Positions 48,499-58,514 of a stretch of DNA of 64,000 bases are shown piece after piece. The notes beneath the pieces are model-generated. The model had not been told where the DNA came from. It did not search any database and saw only the letters and a program-made list of their open reading frames with translations. How positions within the stretch are numbered: position 1 is the stretch's first letter; every line of letters starts with the position of its first letter. Where the stretch lies: the NCBI GenBank assembly GCA_963771355.1, contig CAVYTA010000006.1, positions 1,344,001 to 1,408,000 of the forward strand, given 5' to 3'. A program made the translations under genes and the position numbers. The stretch is from an uncultured Candidatus Rokubacteria bacterium. GTDB taxonomy: Bacteria; Methylomirabilota; Methylomirabilia; Rokubacteriales; CSP1-6.

Positions 48499-49423
48499 GG
48501 AGGCGGCGGACGCGCTGGCGGGGGCGCCGGTCTTCGCGTGGCGCCCGTCCTCCTCGCTCCGCGCGGAGGCGTGGCGGCGCTTCCGACGTCACCGGCTCGC
48601 GCTGTTCGGCGGGGCCGTCCTCATGGTCATGGTGATTGCCGTCCTCGCCGGCCCCTTCGTGTACCGGGTGCCCATCGACGAGATCGACTTCAAGGCGAAG
48701 CTCAAAGGCCCCTCCTGGGCTCATCCGCTCGGCACCGACGACCTCGGCCAGGATCTCCTGGCCCGCATGCTCTACGGCGGCCGGATCTCGCTGGCGGTGG
48801 GGCTCAGCGCGATGCTCATCGCCATCCTCGCCGGCACCGCGGTGGGCGCCATCGCCGGCTTCACCGGCGGCATGGTGGACCACGCGCTGATGCGCATCAC
48901 CGACCTCTTCCTCTCGCTGCCCGGCCTGCCCCTCCTGCTCCTCATCGTGTATCTCTTCCGCGACACCCTGAAGAAGTACCTCGGGCCCGAGATCGGCGTC
49001 TTCGTGATGATCGTGGCGGTGATCGGCGGGCTCCGGTGGATGCCGGTGGCGCGGCTGGTGCGCGCCCAGTTCCTGTCGCTTCGCGAGAAGGAATTCGTGG
49101 AAGCGGCGCGCGGCCTTGGCGCGGCGCCCCTGCGGCAGGTGCTCCGTCACATCCTGCCGAACTCGGTGGGGCCCGTCATCGTGGCCGGCACCATCGACGT
49201 GGCGGCGGCCATCATCGCCGAGTCGTCGCTGTCCTTTCTCGGGCTGGGCTTCCCGCCCGACATCCCGACCTGGGGGCGCATCCTCTTCGACGCCAAGGAC
49301 AACCTCGACTTCGCCCCCCACTGGGCGCTGTTCCCCGGCACCGCCATCTTCCTCACCGTGCTCTCGATCAACTACATCGGGGACGGTCTCCGGGACGCCC
49401 TCGATCCTCGCAAAGTTCTCTAG
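48464..49423 (+). CDS. Peptide ABC permease (DppC/OppC-like)
   Basis: HPLGTDDLGQD, EFVEAARGLG, HILPN, GDGLRDALDP. Confidence 0.93.
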   Translation: MAGSIPASRTGREAADALAGAPVFAWRPSSSLRAEAWRRFRRHRLALFGGAVLMVMVIAVLAGPFVYRVPIDEIDFKAKLKGPSWAHPLGTDDLGQDLLARMLYGGRISLAVGLSAMLIAILAGTAVGAIAGFTGGMVDHALMRITDLFLSLPGLPLLLLIVYLFRDTLKKYLGPEIGVFVMIVAVIGGLRWMPVARLVRAQFLSLREKEFVEAARGLGAAPLRQVLRHILPNSVGPVIVAGTIDVAAAIIAESSLSFLGLGFPPDIPTWGRILFDAKDNLDFAPHWALFPGTAIFLTVLSINYIGDGLRDALDPRKVL

Positions 49424-49448
49424 ACCCCAGTCCGCCGGGAGGCTCGCA

Positions 49449-50897
49449 TTGACCGCACGTGAACTCTGCTACACGCCCGCCACCGAGCTCGTCCGTCTCT
49501 ACCGCGCCCGCAAGGTCTCGCCGCTCGAGGTCATGGAGGCGGTGCTGGCGCGGGTGGATTCGGTCAACCCCGCGCTGAACGCGTGCGTGACGGTGGCGCG
49601 CGAGTCGGCCCTGGCGGAGGCCCGCCGCGCCACCGCGGCGCTGCGCCGGCGCGGGGCGCTGCCACCGCTGCACGGGGTGCCGGTGTCGATCAAGGACCTC
49701 ACCCCCACCAAGGGGATCCGGACGACCTGGGGGTCGAAGATCTACGAGCACCACGTGCCGAAGGAGGACGCGCTGGTGGTCGAGCGGCTCAAGGCCGCGG
49801 GCGCCATCGTCTTCGCCAAGACGAATACCCCCGAGTTCGGCGCCGGCGGCAACACGTTCAACGCCGTCTTCGGCGCGACGCGGAACCCGTGGGACCCCGC
49901 GCTGACCTGTGGTGGCTCCAGCGGGGGCGCGGGAGTGGCGCTCGCCACCGGCATGGGCCCCATTGCCCAGGGCTCGGATCTGGGCGGCTCGCTCCGGACT
50001 CCCGCCGCGTTCTGCGGCGTGGTGGGGTTCCGGACCACGCCGGGCCTGGTGCCGCAGGTCCCGGCCGACCTCGCCTGGGACTCGCTCTCGGTGACGGGGC
50101 CCATGGCGCGGACGGTGGGCGACACCGCCCTCATGCTGGCCGCCATCGCCGGCCCCGACGCGCGGGCACCCCTGTCCTATGCGGTGGACACCCGCGTCTT
50201 CACGCAGGCGCTCCGGTCCCCCTCGGTGAAGGGGCTCCGCATGGCGTGGACGCCGGACCTGAACGGCCTCATCCCCGTGGACGCGGAGGTGGCCCGCGTC
50301 GCCGCCGGTGCCTGCCGCGTCTTCCGCTCGCTGGGGGCCCGCGTCGACCACGCGTGCCCGGACTTCTCCGAGGTCAACGACATCGTGCTCGGCACCCGCG
50401 GCCTCTCCATGGTGGCCCGGCACGCGGACAAGCTGCCCCAGTGGAAGGACAAGCTGCAGAAGGGGCTCCTGTGGAACATCGAGCAGGGGCTCGCACTCAC
50501 CGCCGCCGACATCGGTCGCGCCGAGGTCTCGCGCAGCGTCCTCTGGCAACGCGTGCGGGCCTTCATGGAGCGGTACGACTTCCTCCTCCTCCCCACGGTG
50601 GCGGTGCCCCCGTTCCCGGTGGAGCAGCGCTACCCGACCGAGATCAACGGCAAGCCGCTGGACAACTACACGCAGTGGTTCTTCCTCACCTACGGCATCA
50701 CCCTCACCGCCCTGCCCGTCATCTCCGTCCCGTGCGGATTCACCGCGAGTGGGCTGCCGGTGGGGCTGCAGATCGTGGGGCGCTGGCATGCGGAAGCGGC
50801 GGTGCTCCGGGCCGCGGCCGCCTTCGAGGCCGCGCAGCCGTGGGCGGACCGCATCCCGCCCGTGGTCACCGCCCGGGAGCGCGCGCACCGGGCCTAG
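49449..50897 (+). CDS. Amidase signature family enzyme
   Basis: PLHGVPVSIKD, KTNTPEFG, GGSSGG, GSDLGGSLR; TTG start with GGGAGG SD. Confidence 0.92.
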   Translation: MTARELCYTPATELVRLYRARKVSPLEVMEAVLARVDSVNPALNACVTVARESALAEARRATAALRRRGALPPLHGVPVSIKDLTPTKGIRTTWGSKIYEHHVPKEDALVVERLKAAGAIVFAKTNTPEFGAGGNTFNAVFGATRNPWDPALTCGGSSGGAGVALATGMGPIAQGSDLGGSLRTPAAFCGVVGFRTTPGLVPQVPADLAWDSLSVTGPMARTVGDTALMLAAIAGPDARAPLSYAVDTRVFTQALRSPSVKGLRMAWTPDLNGLIPVDAEVARVAAGACRVFRSLGARVDHACPDFSEVNDIVLGTRGLSMVARHADKLPQWKDKLQKGLLWNIEQGLALTAADIGRAEVSRSVLWQRVRAFMERYDFLLLPTVAVPPFPVEQRYPTEINGKPLDNYTQWFFLTYGITLTALPVISVPCGFTASGLPVGLQIVGRWHAEAAVLRAAAAFEAAQPWADRIPPVVTARERAHRA

Positions 50898-50960
50898 GCG
50901 GGCGCCCGGTTGCTTCTGACCTCGCGCGCCCCCGCCCATCCGGGCGGTATCATCGGACGC

Positions 50961-53477
50961 ATGAGCGCGGACTCCTGCCGCCCGCTCGCCCTCGCGCTCG
51001 CCTTTCTTGCCCTGTGCCTCGCGGGGCCCGCCGGGGCGCAGGCGCCTCCCGCGCCCGCCGGCGCCCAAGCGCCTGCCGGACCCGCCGCACCGACGTCCCC
51101 CGGCCCTGGCGCCGCGCAGCCGCCCGCCGGACCCGCCGCCGCGCCGATTCCCGTCCCCGACATCGTCCGCCGCGCCGACGAGGTGGCGGCGCGTCTGCGC
51201 GCGCTGGAAGAGGCGGCGCGCGCGCGGACCGATGTCTCGGAGATCGAGCGGCGGCTTCCCGCCCTCGGCGAGGATCTGCGCGCCCGCGCGCAGACGATGG
51301 CGCGCACGCTCGCGGACCGGCCGCGCGGCCCCCTCCTCGACAATCTCGCCAGCCCCTTCCTGGCCGCGCGCAGCCCGCTCACCGGGTGGCCGGATCAGCT
51401 CACGCGGCTCGCCACCGAGCTCGAGCGCGACCTGGGCGAGCTGGTCTCGCTCCAGGCCACCTGGCAGGCCACCCGCGCGGAGGCTCGGCGCACCGCCGCG
51501 CCCGCCGCGGTGCTCGCGCGCGTGGACGCCAGCCTCGCCGCCATCGCCGCCACCGAGAGGGCGATCAAGGCGCGACGCGCGGAAGTGCTGCAGCTCCAGG
51601 AGCGCGTCTCGCAGCAGAGCGCCGCGCTGGAGGCCGCGCTGGCCCGCATCGCCAAGGCCCGCGCGGACACGGATCGGCCGCTGCGGGTCCGCGACGCCGC
51701 ACCCCTCTGGGAGATGCGCGCCTCGCTGGATACGCTCGGCGAGGTACCGGCCCGCGCTCGCGAGTGGTTCGCCGCCGACCGGGACGCCCTCCGAGGCTTC
51801 CTGCAGCAGCATCAGGGTGTCATCCCGCTGCACGTCCTCATCTGGATCGCGCTCTCGGTGGCCTTCTTTCTCCTCCTGCGGCAGGCGCGCAAGCGCAGCG
51901 ACGAGGATCCGACCCTCGCGGAGGCGGTGCGCATCTTCGAGTACCCGCTCGCCGCCGCGCTGCTGGTGGCGCTCTTCTTCACGCCCTGGCTGTATGGCGA
52001 CCTGCCGCGGGTGGTACGGACGGTGGGGAGCCTCATCGGGCTCATCCCCGTCCTGCGCATCGTCACCGGGCTCGCGGAGCCGCCGCTGCGGGCGAGCTTC
52101 GTCGGGCTCGGCGCCTTCTACGCCCTCGAGCGCCTCGACGACATCGCGGAGGTGGTGCCGCTCTTCGACCAGCTCGTGTTCATCGGCGAGATGCTCGTGG
52201 GCATCGGCTACCTCGCCTGGGGGCTGTCGCGGCGGCGGTGGGTGCTGGCGGCCGCGCGCCGCCCGGCGCTGTTCCGGGCGCTCGGGCTCGGCATGCTCGG
52301 CGCGATGGCGGTGGCCGCCGTGCTGGGCGCCATCGGCTACGTGCGGCTGGGGCGGCTCCTGGGCTCCGGCGCGCTGTCCTTCGGCTACCTCGCCATGGTG
52401 TTCTACGCCGGCTTTCGCGTGGCGCTGGGACTGGTCGCCTACGCCCTCCGCACCCGGCCGCTCGTCTACCTGCGCCTCGTCCCGCGAAACCGCGCGCTGA
52501 TCGAGGCGCGCGCGCGCCAGGTGCTCCGCTGGCTCGCCCTCGGCGGCTGGGTGCTGGCCATGCTCGGAACGCTCGGCCTCGAGGACAAGGCGCGGGCCGC
52601 GCTGGGCAGCGTGCTTGCCGCCCGCATCTCCCGCGGCAACCTGAGCCTCTCGGTCGGTGACGTGGTGGCCTTCGGGGTGACGGTGTGGCTGGCCTTTCTC
52701 GTCTCGCGCCTGGTCCGCTTCGTCCTCGAAGAGGACGTCTACCCGCGCGTCGGCCTGGCGCGCGGGCTCCCGTACACGGTGTCCACGCTGCTCCATTACA
52801 GCATCCTGCTGCTGGGCTTCATCTTCGCGGTGGCGGCCATGGGGGTGGATCTCAACCGCGTCACCATCCTGGTGGGCGCGTTCGGCGTCGGCATCGGCTT
52901 CGGCCTCCAGTCGGTGGTGAACAACTTCGTCTCCGGGCTCATCCTCCTCGTCGAGCGCTCCCTCCAGGTGGGGGACGCGGTGCAGATCGGGGATCTCTCG
53001 GGAGAAGTCCGGCGCATCGGCATCCGCTCCAGCATCGTGCGCACCTGGGACGGCGCCGAGGTCATCGTCCCCAACGGGATTCTCACCGCGGAGAAGCTCA
53101 CCAACCTGACGCTCTCCGACCGACTGCGCCGCATGGACATCCGCGTGGGCGTGGCCTACGGCACCGACGCAGACCGTGTCCTGGCGATCCTGCGCGAGAC
53201 CGCCGTCGCGCACCCCGGCGTGGTCGGCGAGCCCGCGCCCCTGGTCTTCTTCACCGGCTTCGGGACGGTGGCGCTGGAGTTCGAGCTGAAAGCCTGGACG
53301 GCCCGCTTCGAGGAGGCGGGGCTGGTCAAGAGCGGGCTCGGGCTGGCCATCCTGTCTGCTCTCACCGAGGCGGGAATCGAGATCCCGTACGGCCACCAGG
53401 AGGTCCGGCTCGTGCAGGGGGAGCCGGCACGCGACGAGCCGGGGCTCGGCCCGCCCCCGCCCGCTCCCCGCGCCTAG
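50961..53477 (+). CDS. Large MscS-family mechanosensitive channel (MscK/MscM-like)
   Basis: Signal peptide, coiled-coil region, multiple TM helices, GAFGVGIGFGLQSVVNNFVSG. Confidence 0.9.
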   Translation: MSADSCRPLALALAFLALCLAGPAGAQAPPAPAGAQAPAGPAAPTSPGPGAAQPPAGPAAAPIPVPDIVRRADEVAARLRALEEAARARTDVSEIERRLPALGEDLRARAQTMARTLADRPRGPLLDNLASPFLAARSPLTGWPDQLTRLATELERDLGELVSLQATWQATRAEARRTAAPAAVLARVDASLAAIAATERAIKARRAEVLQLQERVSQQSAALEAALARIAKARADTDRPLRVRDAAPLWEMRASLDTLGEVPARAREWFAADRDALRGFLQQHQGVIPLHVLIWIALSVAFFLLLRQARKRSDEDPTLAEAVRIFEYPLAAALLVALFFTPWLYGDLPRVVRTVGSLIGLIPVLRIVTGLAEPPLRASFVGLGAFYALERLDDIAEVVPLFDQLVFIGEMLVGIGYLAWGLSRRRWVLAAARRPALFRALGLGMLGAMAVAAVLGAIGYVRLGRLLGSGALSFGYLAMVFYAGFRVALGLVAYALRTRPLVYLRLVPRNRALIEARARQVLRWLALGGWVLAMLGTLGLEDKARAALGSVLAARISRGNLSLSVGDVVAFGVTVWLAFLVSRLVRFVLEEDVYPRVGLARGLPYTVSTLLHYSILLLGFIFAVAAMGVDLNRVTILVGAFGVGIGFGLQSVVNNFVSGLILLVERSLQVGDAVQIGDLSGEVRRIGIRSSIVRTWDGAEVIVPNGILTAEKLTNLTLSDRLRRMDIRVGVAYGTDADRVLAILRETAVAHPGVVGEPAPLVFFTGFGTVALEFELKAWTARFEEAGLVKSGLGLAILSALTEAGIEIPYGHQEVRLVQGEPARDEPGLGPPPPAPRA

Positions 53478-53606
53478 CGAGCCGTCGGCGTCCCCGGGGC
53501 GGCGCCGGAGGCATTCGCGCTACAATGCCGGCGATCCGCCGTCCGGGGCGGACCGTCCCTCACGCCGCACCTGCCCGAACGTCGGACCTGGAAGAGGAGC
53601 CCACGC

Positions 53607-54080
53607 ATGAAGCCGAAGATCGGGATCAACGACGACAAGCGAGAGAGCCTGGTGGAAGTCCTCAACGATCTGCTCTCCGACGAGTACGTGCTGTACACCA
53701 AGACGCGCAACTACCACTGGAACGTGGTGGGGACCCAGTTCAACGACCTCCACAAGTTCTTCGAAGCCCAGTACGAGGAGCTGGACGACTTCATCGACGA
53801 CATCGCGGAGCGCGCCCGCAGCCTGGGAGGCCACGCGCTGGGAACGCTGGCGGAGTTCACCCACCACGCCCGCCTGAAGGAAGAGCCCCGGAAGTTTCCC
53901 CAGGCGAAGCAGATGCTGGTCAATCTCCTCGGCGACCACGAGGCCCTGATCCGCACCCTGCGCGCGGATCTCCAGACCGCGCTGGACAAGCACGGCGACG
54001 CCGGCACCAGCGACTTCCTCACCGGGCTCATGGAGAAGCACGAGAAGATGGCCTGGATGCTGCGGTCGTTCCTCGGCTGA
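53607..54080 (+). CDS. dps: Dps ferritin-like protein
   Basis: KTRNYHWNVVG...LHKFFE...DDIAER...HEKMAWML. Confidence 0.95.
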   Translation: MKPKIGINDDKRESLVEVLNDLLSDEYVLYTKTRNYHWNVVGTQFNDLHKFFEAQYEELDDFIDDIAERARSLGGHALGTLAEFTHHARLKEEPRKFPQAKQMLVNLLGDHEALIRTLRADLQTALDKHGDAGTSDFLTGLMEKHEKMAWMLRSFLG

Positions 54081-54095
54081 GCCCCGGGCCCGCGT

Positions 54096-54638
54096 CTAGC
54101 CGCGGCGGGCCAGGCTCCGGAGCGGCGCGCCCGTCAGGCGTGTGAGTATCCACTGCCGGCGCAGCCCGGCGCCGAGCCGCTCGTAGAAGCGGATGGCCGG
54201 ACGATTCCAGTCGAGCACGGCCCACTCCAGCCGGCCGCACCCGCGCTTCACCGCGATGCGGGCGAGCGCGGCGAGCAAGGCCTTCCCTGCCCCCGCCCCG
54301 CGCTCCTCGGGGAGGACGAAGAGGTCCTCCAGATACAGGGTGGGCTTGGCGAGAAAGGTCGAGAAGGTGAAGAAGTAGAGCGCCATACCCACCGGCCGCC
54401 CCCCACGCCGGCAGATGAGCGTCTCGAAGTAGCGGCGGCGGCCGAACCCGTGGCGGCGCACTTCGGCGGGGGTGGCCTTGCATTCATGGCGCAGCCGCTC
54501 GTAGTCGGCGAGCCCGCGGATCAGGGCGACGATGGTCGGGATATCGCGCACGGTCCCGGGGCGGATGGTGAGAGCGCCCGCGCGCTTCGCGCGAGCGAGC
54601 CGCCGCGACGGGCGGCGCGCGGACCGCTTCGCCCTCAT
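54096..54638 (-). CDS. GNAT acetyltransferase (SSAT/PaiA-like)
   Basis: LADYE, FSTF...LYLEDLFV.PEERGAGAG, EWAVLDWN.PAIRFY. Confidence 0.9.
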   Translation of the reverse strand: MRAKRSARRPSRRLARAKRAGALTIRPGTVRDIPTIVALIRGLADYERLRHECKATPAEVRRHGFGRRRYFETLICRRGGRPVGMALYFFTFSTFLAKPTLYLEDLFVLPEERGAGAGKALLAALARIAVKRGCGRLEWAVLDWNRPAIRFYERLGAGLRRQWILTRLTGAPLRSLARRG

Positions 54639-55963
54639 GCCGCCGCGGCCGCGAGCAGCATCTCGGTATAGGCGCGCACGCCCTCCCGGATGTTCTCGAG
54701 CGAGAGCCGCTCGTCGTTGCCGTGAATGCGCCGGAGCTCGCCCTCGTCGCAGACGAACGGGCTCCAGCCATAGCCGTGCAGCCCCATGCGCCGGAACACC
54801 CAGTTGTCGGTGAAGGCGACCAGGATCTCCGGCGTGACCACCACGCCCGGCGCGCGCCGGCGCAGCGTGTCGGCCAGGTGCTTGTAGAGCTCGGTGTCCG
54901 GAGGCGAAAGGTTCGGCTGCTTGGCCTCGCCGGTGATCTCCACCGCCACCTGGGCGTCCGCCACCAGGCGCTCGACCCAGACCCGGATCTCGTCGGGATC
55001 GTCACCGGCCAGCATCCGGCAGTCCACCTCGGCCACCGCCTCGGGCGGGATCACGTTGCGCTTCTCGCTGCCCTTCAGCATGTTGACCGCGAAGGTGGTG
55101 CGCACCAGCGCGGCGTGATGCGGATTGGCGAGGAAGCGCGCGCGGAAGGCGGGGTCGGCGAGGGACCGCTCGACGTCGTCGAGCCCGCGGCCGGCCTCTC
55201 CGGGCAGCACCGAAGCCAGGGCGCGGAAATACTCGCGCGTCTCGGGCAGCACCCGGAGCGGACGCTCGGCCTGGAGCAGGCGTCCCAGCGCGCGGATGAG
55301 CCGGTGGGGCGCGGTGTCCGGCCACGGCATGGAGCCGTGCCCGGGCTCGCCGCGCGCGGTGAGGCGCAAGGACAGCCCCGTCTTCTCCGAGATCACGATG
55401 GTGCCCAGGGGGGCGCGTGCGTCGTGACGCGTCGCCACGAAGCCCAGCTCCGATATCGCGTATTCCGCGCCGTCCAGCCAGTGCGCCCGGTGGTCCGCCA
55501 CCCACTGGGCCCCGAAGCGGCTGCCCGCCTCCTCGTCGGCGGTGGCGAGATAGATGAGGTCGCGCTTGAGCGGAACCCGCGCCCGCTTGATGGCGAGCAC
55601 CGCACCCAGCTGGAGGATGCCGGTGGACTTCATGTCCAGCGCGCCGCGCCCGTAGAGATAGCCGTCCTGGATGACCCCGCCGAAGGGATCCACGCTCCAG
55701 TAGCGGCGGTCGGCGTAGACCACGTCGATGTGGTGGTGGAGCACGATGCCGGGCAGCGAGCCGTCGCCCTTGACGCGGGCCACCAGATTCCCCCGCCCCT
55801 CCGCCGACTCCGCGGTCTCGCTGGCGATCCCGTCGCCCTCGAGCGCAGCGGCGAGGAAGCGCGCGCCGCCCGTCTCCCGGCCGGGCGGATTGGTGGTATC
55901 GATGGTGAGGTAGCGGCGGAGGAGATCGATGGTCTCCTCGCCGAGGGCCTTCCAGTCCATCAT
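54635..55963 (-). CDS. M20-family metallopeptidase/deacylase
   Basis: IDTTNPPG.E, HHIDVV, GRGALDMK, ADEEAG, HGNDER. Confidence 0.92.
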   Translation of the reverse strand: MMDWKALGEETIDLLRRYLTIDTTNPPGRETGGARFLAAALEGDGIASETAESAEGRGNLVARVKGDGSLPGIVLHHHIDVVYADRRYWSVDPFGGVIQDGYLYGRGALDMKSTGILQLGAVLAIKRARVPLKRDLIYLATADEEAGSRFGAQWVADHRAHWLDGAEYAISELGFVATRHDARAPLGTIVISEKTGLSLRLTARGEPGHGSMPWPDTAPHRLIRALGRLLQAERPLRVLPETREYFRALASVLPGEAGRGLDDVERSLADPAFRARFLANPHHAALVRTTFAVNMLKGSEKRNVIPPEAVAEVDCRMLAGDDPDEIRVWVERLVADAQVAVEITGEAKQPNLSPPDTELYKHLADTLRRRAPGVVVTPEILVAFTDNWVFRRMGLHGYGWSPFVCDEGELRRIHGNDERLSLENIREGVRAYTEMLLAAAAA

Positions 55964-57243
55964 GCCCGGCTCTCCCAGTACCGACCGGGATGGGGCCGCT
56001 TGGCGAGCCGGCGCTCGAGGAGACCGCGGCTCTGCGCGACGTCGCCACCGCGCAAAGCCGCGGCCAGCAGGGTGTCGTGAAAGACCTCGCGCTGGGCGTG
56101 GCTGCCGCCCACCTCGAGGATGCGCGACTCGACGGGGGCGATGCGCGCCACCGCGGCGGCGTGCTCGCCGCGGACGAAGGCGTGGAGCCCTTCCAGCAGC
56201 GGGATGACCACTTCCCCGAGGGTCGGGTTGCGCGACTTCTTCCCGCGCGCGCGCAGCCGATCGAGCTGGAGCTCGGCGCTGGCCCACTCTCCCGCCGCGG
56301 CCAGCGCCATGCCCACGTGGAGGTCGTGGAACAGCAGCAGCGGCAGCTCGAGCCGGCTCCGCGCCGCCTCGCCCAGCTGGCGCCATCGCTCGGGGTCCGG
56401 ATGCTCGAAGAGGTCGAGCCGCCAGGCCAGCGACACCGAGTCCTGGAGGTCGGCGCTCACCTGGATGGGGATACGGCCGAACACCGACTGGAAGAGCGCC
56501 GCCGCGCGGTCGTAGCGCCCGGCCGCGAGGTGCATGAGGGCCAGGTGCCAGAGCAGGTGGTTCCGGAAATACCCCAGGTGGTCGCAGGGATGAATGCGCG
56601 GCGGCAGCGCCTCCGCCCCGCGGTCGTTCTCCCCGGTCTCGTACAGCACATGCGCGACGGTATGGACTGCCCAGGCGTCCTTCGGGTTCATTCCCAGCGC
56701 GCGCTCCGCCAGCGGCAAGGCTTCGGCGTAGCGGCGATTCTCCTCCAAGCTGAAGGCGTGGAGCCCCAGCACATAGGAGTCGCCGTCGAGGGCGCCCCGC
56801 ACCGACTCCGTCAGGGCCAGCATCTCCTCGGAGCGTCCCTGCCAGAAGTGGATGTAGTAGAGGCGCTGGATCAGCATCATGTCGCGTGGATGTTCGGCGA
56901 GGATCTCCCGGATGAGCGGGATGGCGTCGTTGCCCCGCCCGCCCACCCAGAGCGCGAGGGCCTCTACGTGGCGGCGCTCGCGCGCCGAGAGGTCGGAGGT
57001 CGCCGCGGCGGCCACCGCGCGGCCCATCTCCGCGCGCCCCTCGGACATCTCCTCATTCAGATAGCGCGCGACGGCCAATCCACACCGGGCCAGCACGAAC
57101 TCGGGATCGGCCGCCAGCGCGGCCTCGAAGTCGGTCACGGTGTCCGCGGCGAATCCCAGGAGCGCGCGCACGCCGCGATCGTAGCCGTCGACGGCGACGC
57201 GGGAGTCGGTGGAGACGGTCAGCCCGTAGGCGTCGCGCAGCAC
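55960..57243 (-). CDS. TPR protein (TTC38-like)
   Basis: LAADPEF, HAFSLEE, DAWAVHTVAHVL, HLLWHLAL, GGSHAQREVF. Confidence 0.82.
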   Translation of the reverse strand: MLRDAYGLTVSTDSRVAVDGYDRGVRALLGFAADTVTDFEAALAADPEFVLARCGLAVARYLNEEMSEGRAEMGRAVAAAATSDLSARERRHVEALALWVGGRGNDAIPLIREILAEHPRDMMLIQRLYYIHFWQGRSEEMLALTESVRGALDGDSYVLGLHAFSLEENRRYAEALPLAERALGMNPKDAWAVHTVAHVLYETGENDRGAEALPPRIHPCDHLGYFRNHLLWHLALMHLAAGRYDRAAALFQSVFGRIPIQVSADLQDSVSLAWRLDLFEHPDPERWRQLGEAARSRLELPLLLFHDLHVGMALAAAGEWASAELQLDRLRARGKKSRNPTLGEVVIPLLEGLHAFVRGEHAAAVARIAPVESRILEVGGSHAQREVFHDTLLAAALRGGDVAQSRGLLERRLAKRPHPGRYWESRA

Positions 57244-57306
57244 GGCGGCATCGTAGCAGACACGCCCTCGGGCTGTCGACGGCGCCCCGCCGGCTCGCGC
57301 CGCGCT

Positions 57307-57507
57307 TCAGTCCGCCGCGCTGGGCACGATGATCCAGAGGATGATGTAGACGAGAATCCCGGGGAACGCCACCGACAGGATGGAGCCGACGACGTAGAGC
57401 ACCCGCACCAGGGTAGGATCCCAGCCCAGCCATTCCGCGATGCCGCCGCAGACGCCGGCAACCATGCGGTGCCGCCGCGAGCGCCGGAGCGGCCGGCGCA
57501 GATCCAT
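57307..57507 (-). CDS. pspC: PspC-domain protein
   Basis: LRRSRRHRMVAGVCGGIAEWLGWDPTLVR...YIILWIIVP. Confidence 0.9.
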   Translation of the reverse strand: MDLRRPLRRSRRHRMVAGVCGGIAEWLGWDPTLVRVLYVVGSILSVAFPGILVYIILWIIVPSAAD

Positions 57508-58496
57508 CACGCGGCCCCCCGGAAATTCCGCGCGAGGAACTCCACCGCGCGTCGCTCCGCCCAGGAGGGCCCGGCGCCGCCCTCGAGGAAGCCCGCATGG
57601 CCGCCCTCGGCGGGAAAGGCCGCCTCGAGCCAGGCTGAGCGCTCCACCTCGGCCCGCGGCAGGGTCTCCGGCGGGACGAAGGGGTCGTTCACGGCGTTGA
57701 TGAGGAGCGTGGGCCGGCGGATCTCGGGCAGATACGGTCCGCTGCTCGACCGGCTCCAGTAGTCCTCCTCGTCGGCGAAGCCGAAGATCGGCGCCGTCAC
57801 CAGCCGGTCGTAGAGCCTGAACGTCCCCGCGCGCAGGGCGGCCGGCACGTCCACCCGCTCCGTGTAGAGCGCCGACTTCGCCCGGATCTTGGCCTTCATG
57901 GTGCGGAGGAAGTGGGCGGTGTAGAGGAGGCGGTTCATCCCGCGGTCGAGCGCCGCCGCGCAGGCGGCGAGGTCGAAGGGCACCGAGATCGCGACCGCGG
58001 CCGCGATCTCGTCCGGCGCGCCGTCCCCCTGCTCCCCGAGCCACTTCAGCGCGACGTTGCCGCCGAGGGAGACGCCGACCAGGCCCAGACGCGCGCCGGG
58101 CGCCGCGGCGATGAGCCGCCGCACCGTCCAGTCCAGATCGGAGGTCTCCCCGGAGTGGTAGAGGCGTCCCAGCCGATTCAGCTCCCCGCTGCAGGAGCGG
58201 AAGTGCAGCACGACGCCGCGCCAGCCCGAGGCCTCCACGAGCCCCATGAGCCCCAGGGCATAGTGCGAGTCCGACGAGCCTTCCAGCCCATGGAGGACGA
58301 CCACGCAGGGCGCGCGGGCATCATCGCGACCGGCCGCCAGCCAGTCGAGGTCGAGGAAGTCGCCATCCGGCGTCTCCCAGCGCTCGCGTCGGAGCGCGGG
58401 CCGCCGCGGGCGCCTCCGGAGCGGTCCCCAGAGGCTTTGCAGGTGCCGCCCCCGCAGCCACCACGGCGGCCGGTAGTCAGCGGGGGCGGCAGTCAT
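57507..58496 (-). CDS. YheT-family alpha/beta hydrolase
   Basis: HLQSL, DGDFLDLDW, HGLEGSS, FRSCSG, YHSG, GVSLGG, DPF, GGHAGF. Confidence 0.9.
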   Translation of the reverse strand: MTAAPADYRPPWWLRGRHLQSLWGPLRRRPRRPALRRERWETPDGDFLDLDWLAAGRDDARAPCVVVLHGLEGSSDSHYALGLMGLVEASGWRGVVLHFRSCSGELNRLGRLYHSGETSDLDWTVRRLIAAAPGARLGLVGVSLGGNVALKWLGEQGDGAPDEIAAAVAISVPFDLAACAAALDRGMNRLLYTAHFLRTMKAKIRAKSALYTERVDVPAALRAGTFRLYDRLVTAPIFGFADEEDYWSRSSSGPYLPEIRRPTLLINAVNDPFVPPETLPRAEVERSAWLEAAFPAEGGHAGFLEGGAGPSWAERRAVEFLARNFRGAA

Positions 58497-58514
58497 ACGT
58501 ACGCGAGGGCGCCG

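Noticed and set aside
51040..51160. Short GC-rich quasi-repeats (also 32940-33070)
   Set aside because: They encode ordinary Pro/Ala-rich linkers in MscS and E2.
49368..53396. 1342-aa minus-strand ORF and many other long ORFs (e.g. 4955-6877, 10845-12599, 19626-21884, 43476-45905, 49583-52660, 59255-61711)
   Set aside because: These are antisense or off-frame shadows of well-supported genes. They are Arg/Gly/Pro-rich, carry no family motifs and are expected at this GC content.
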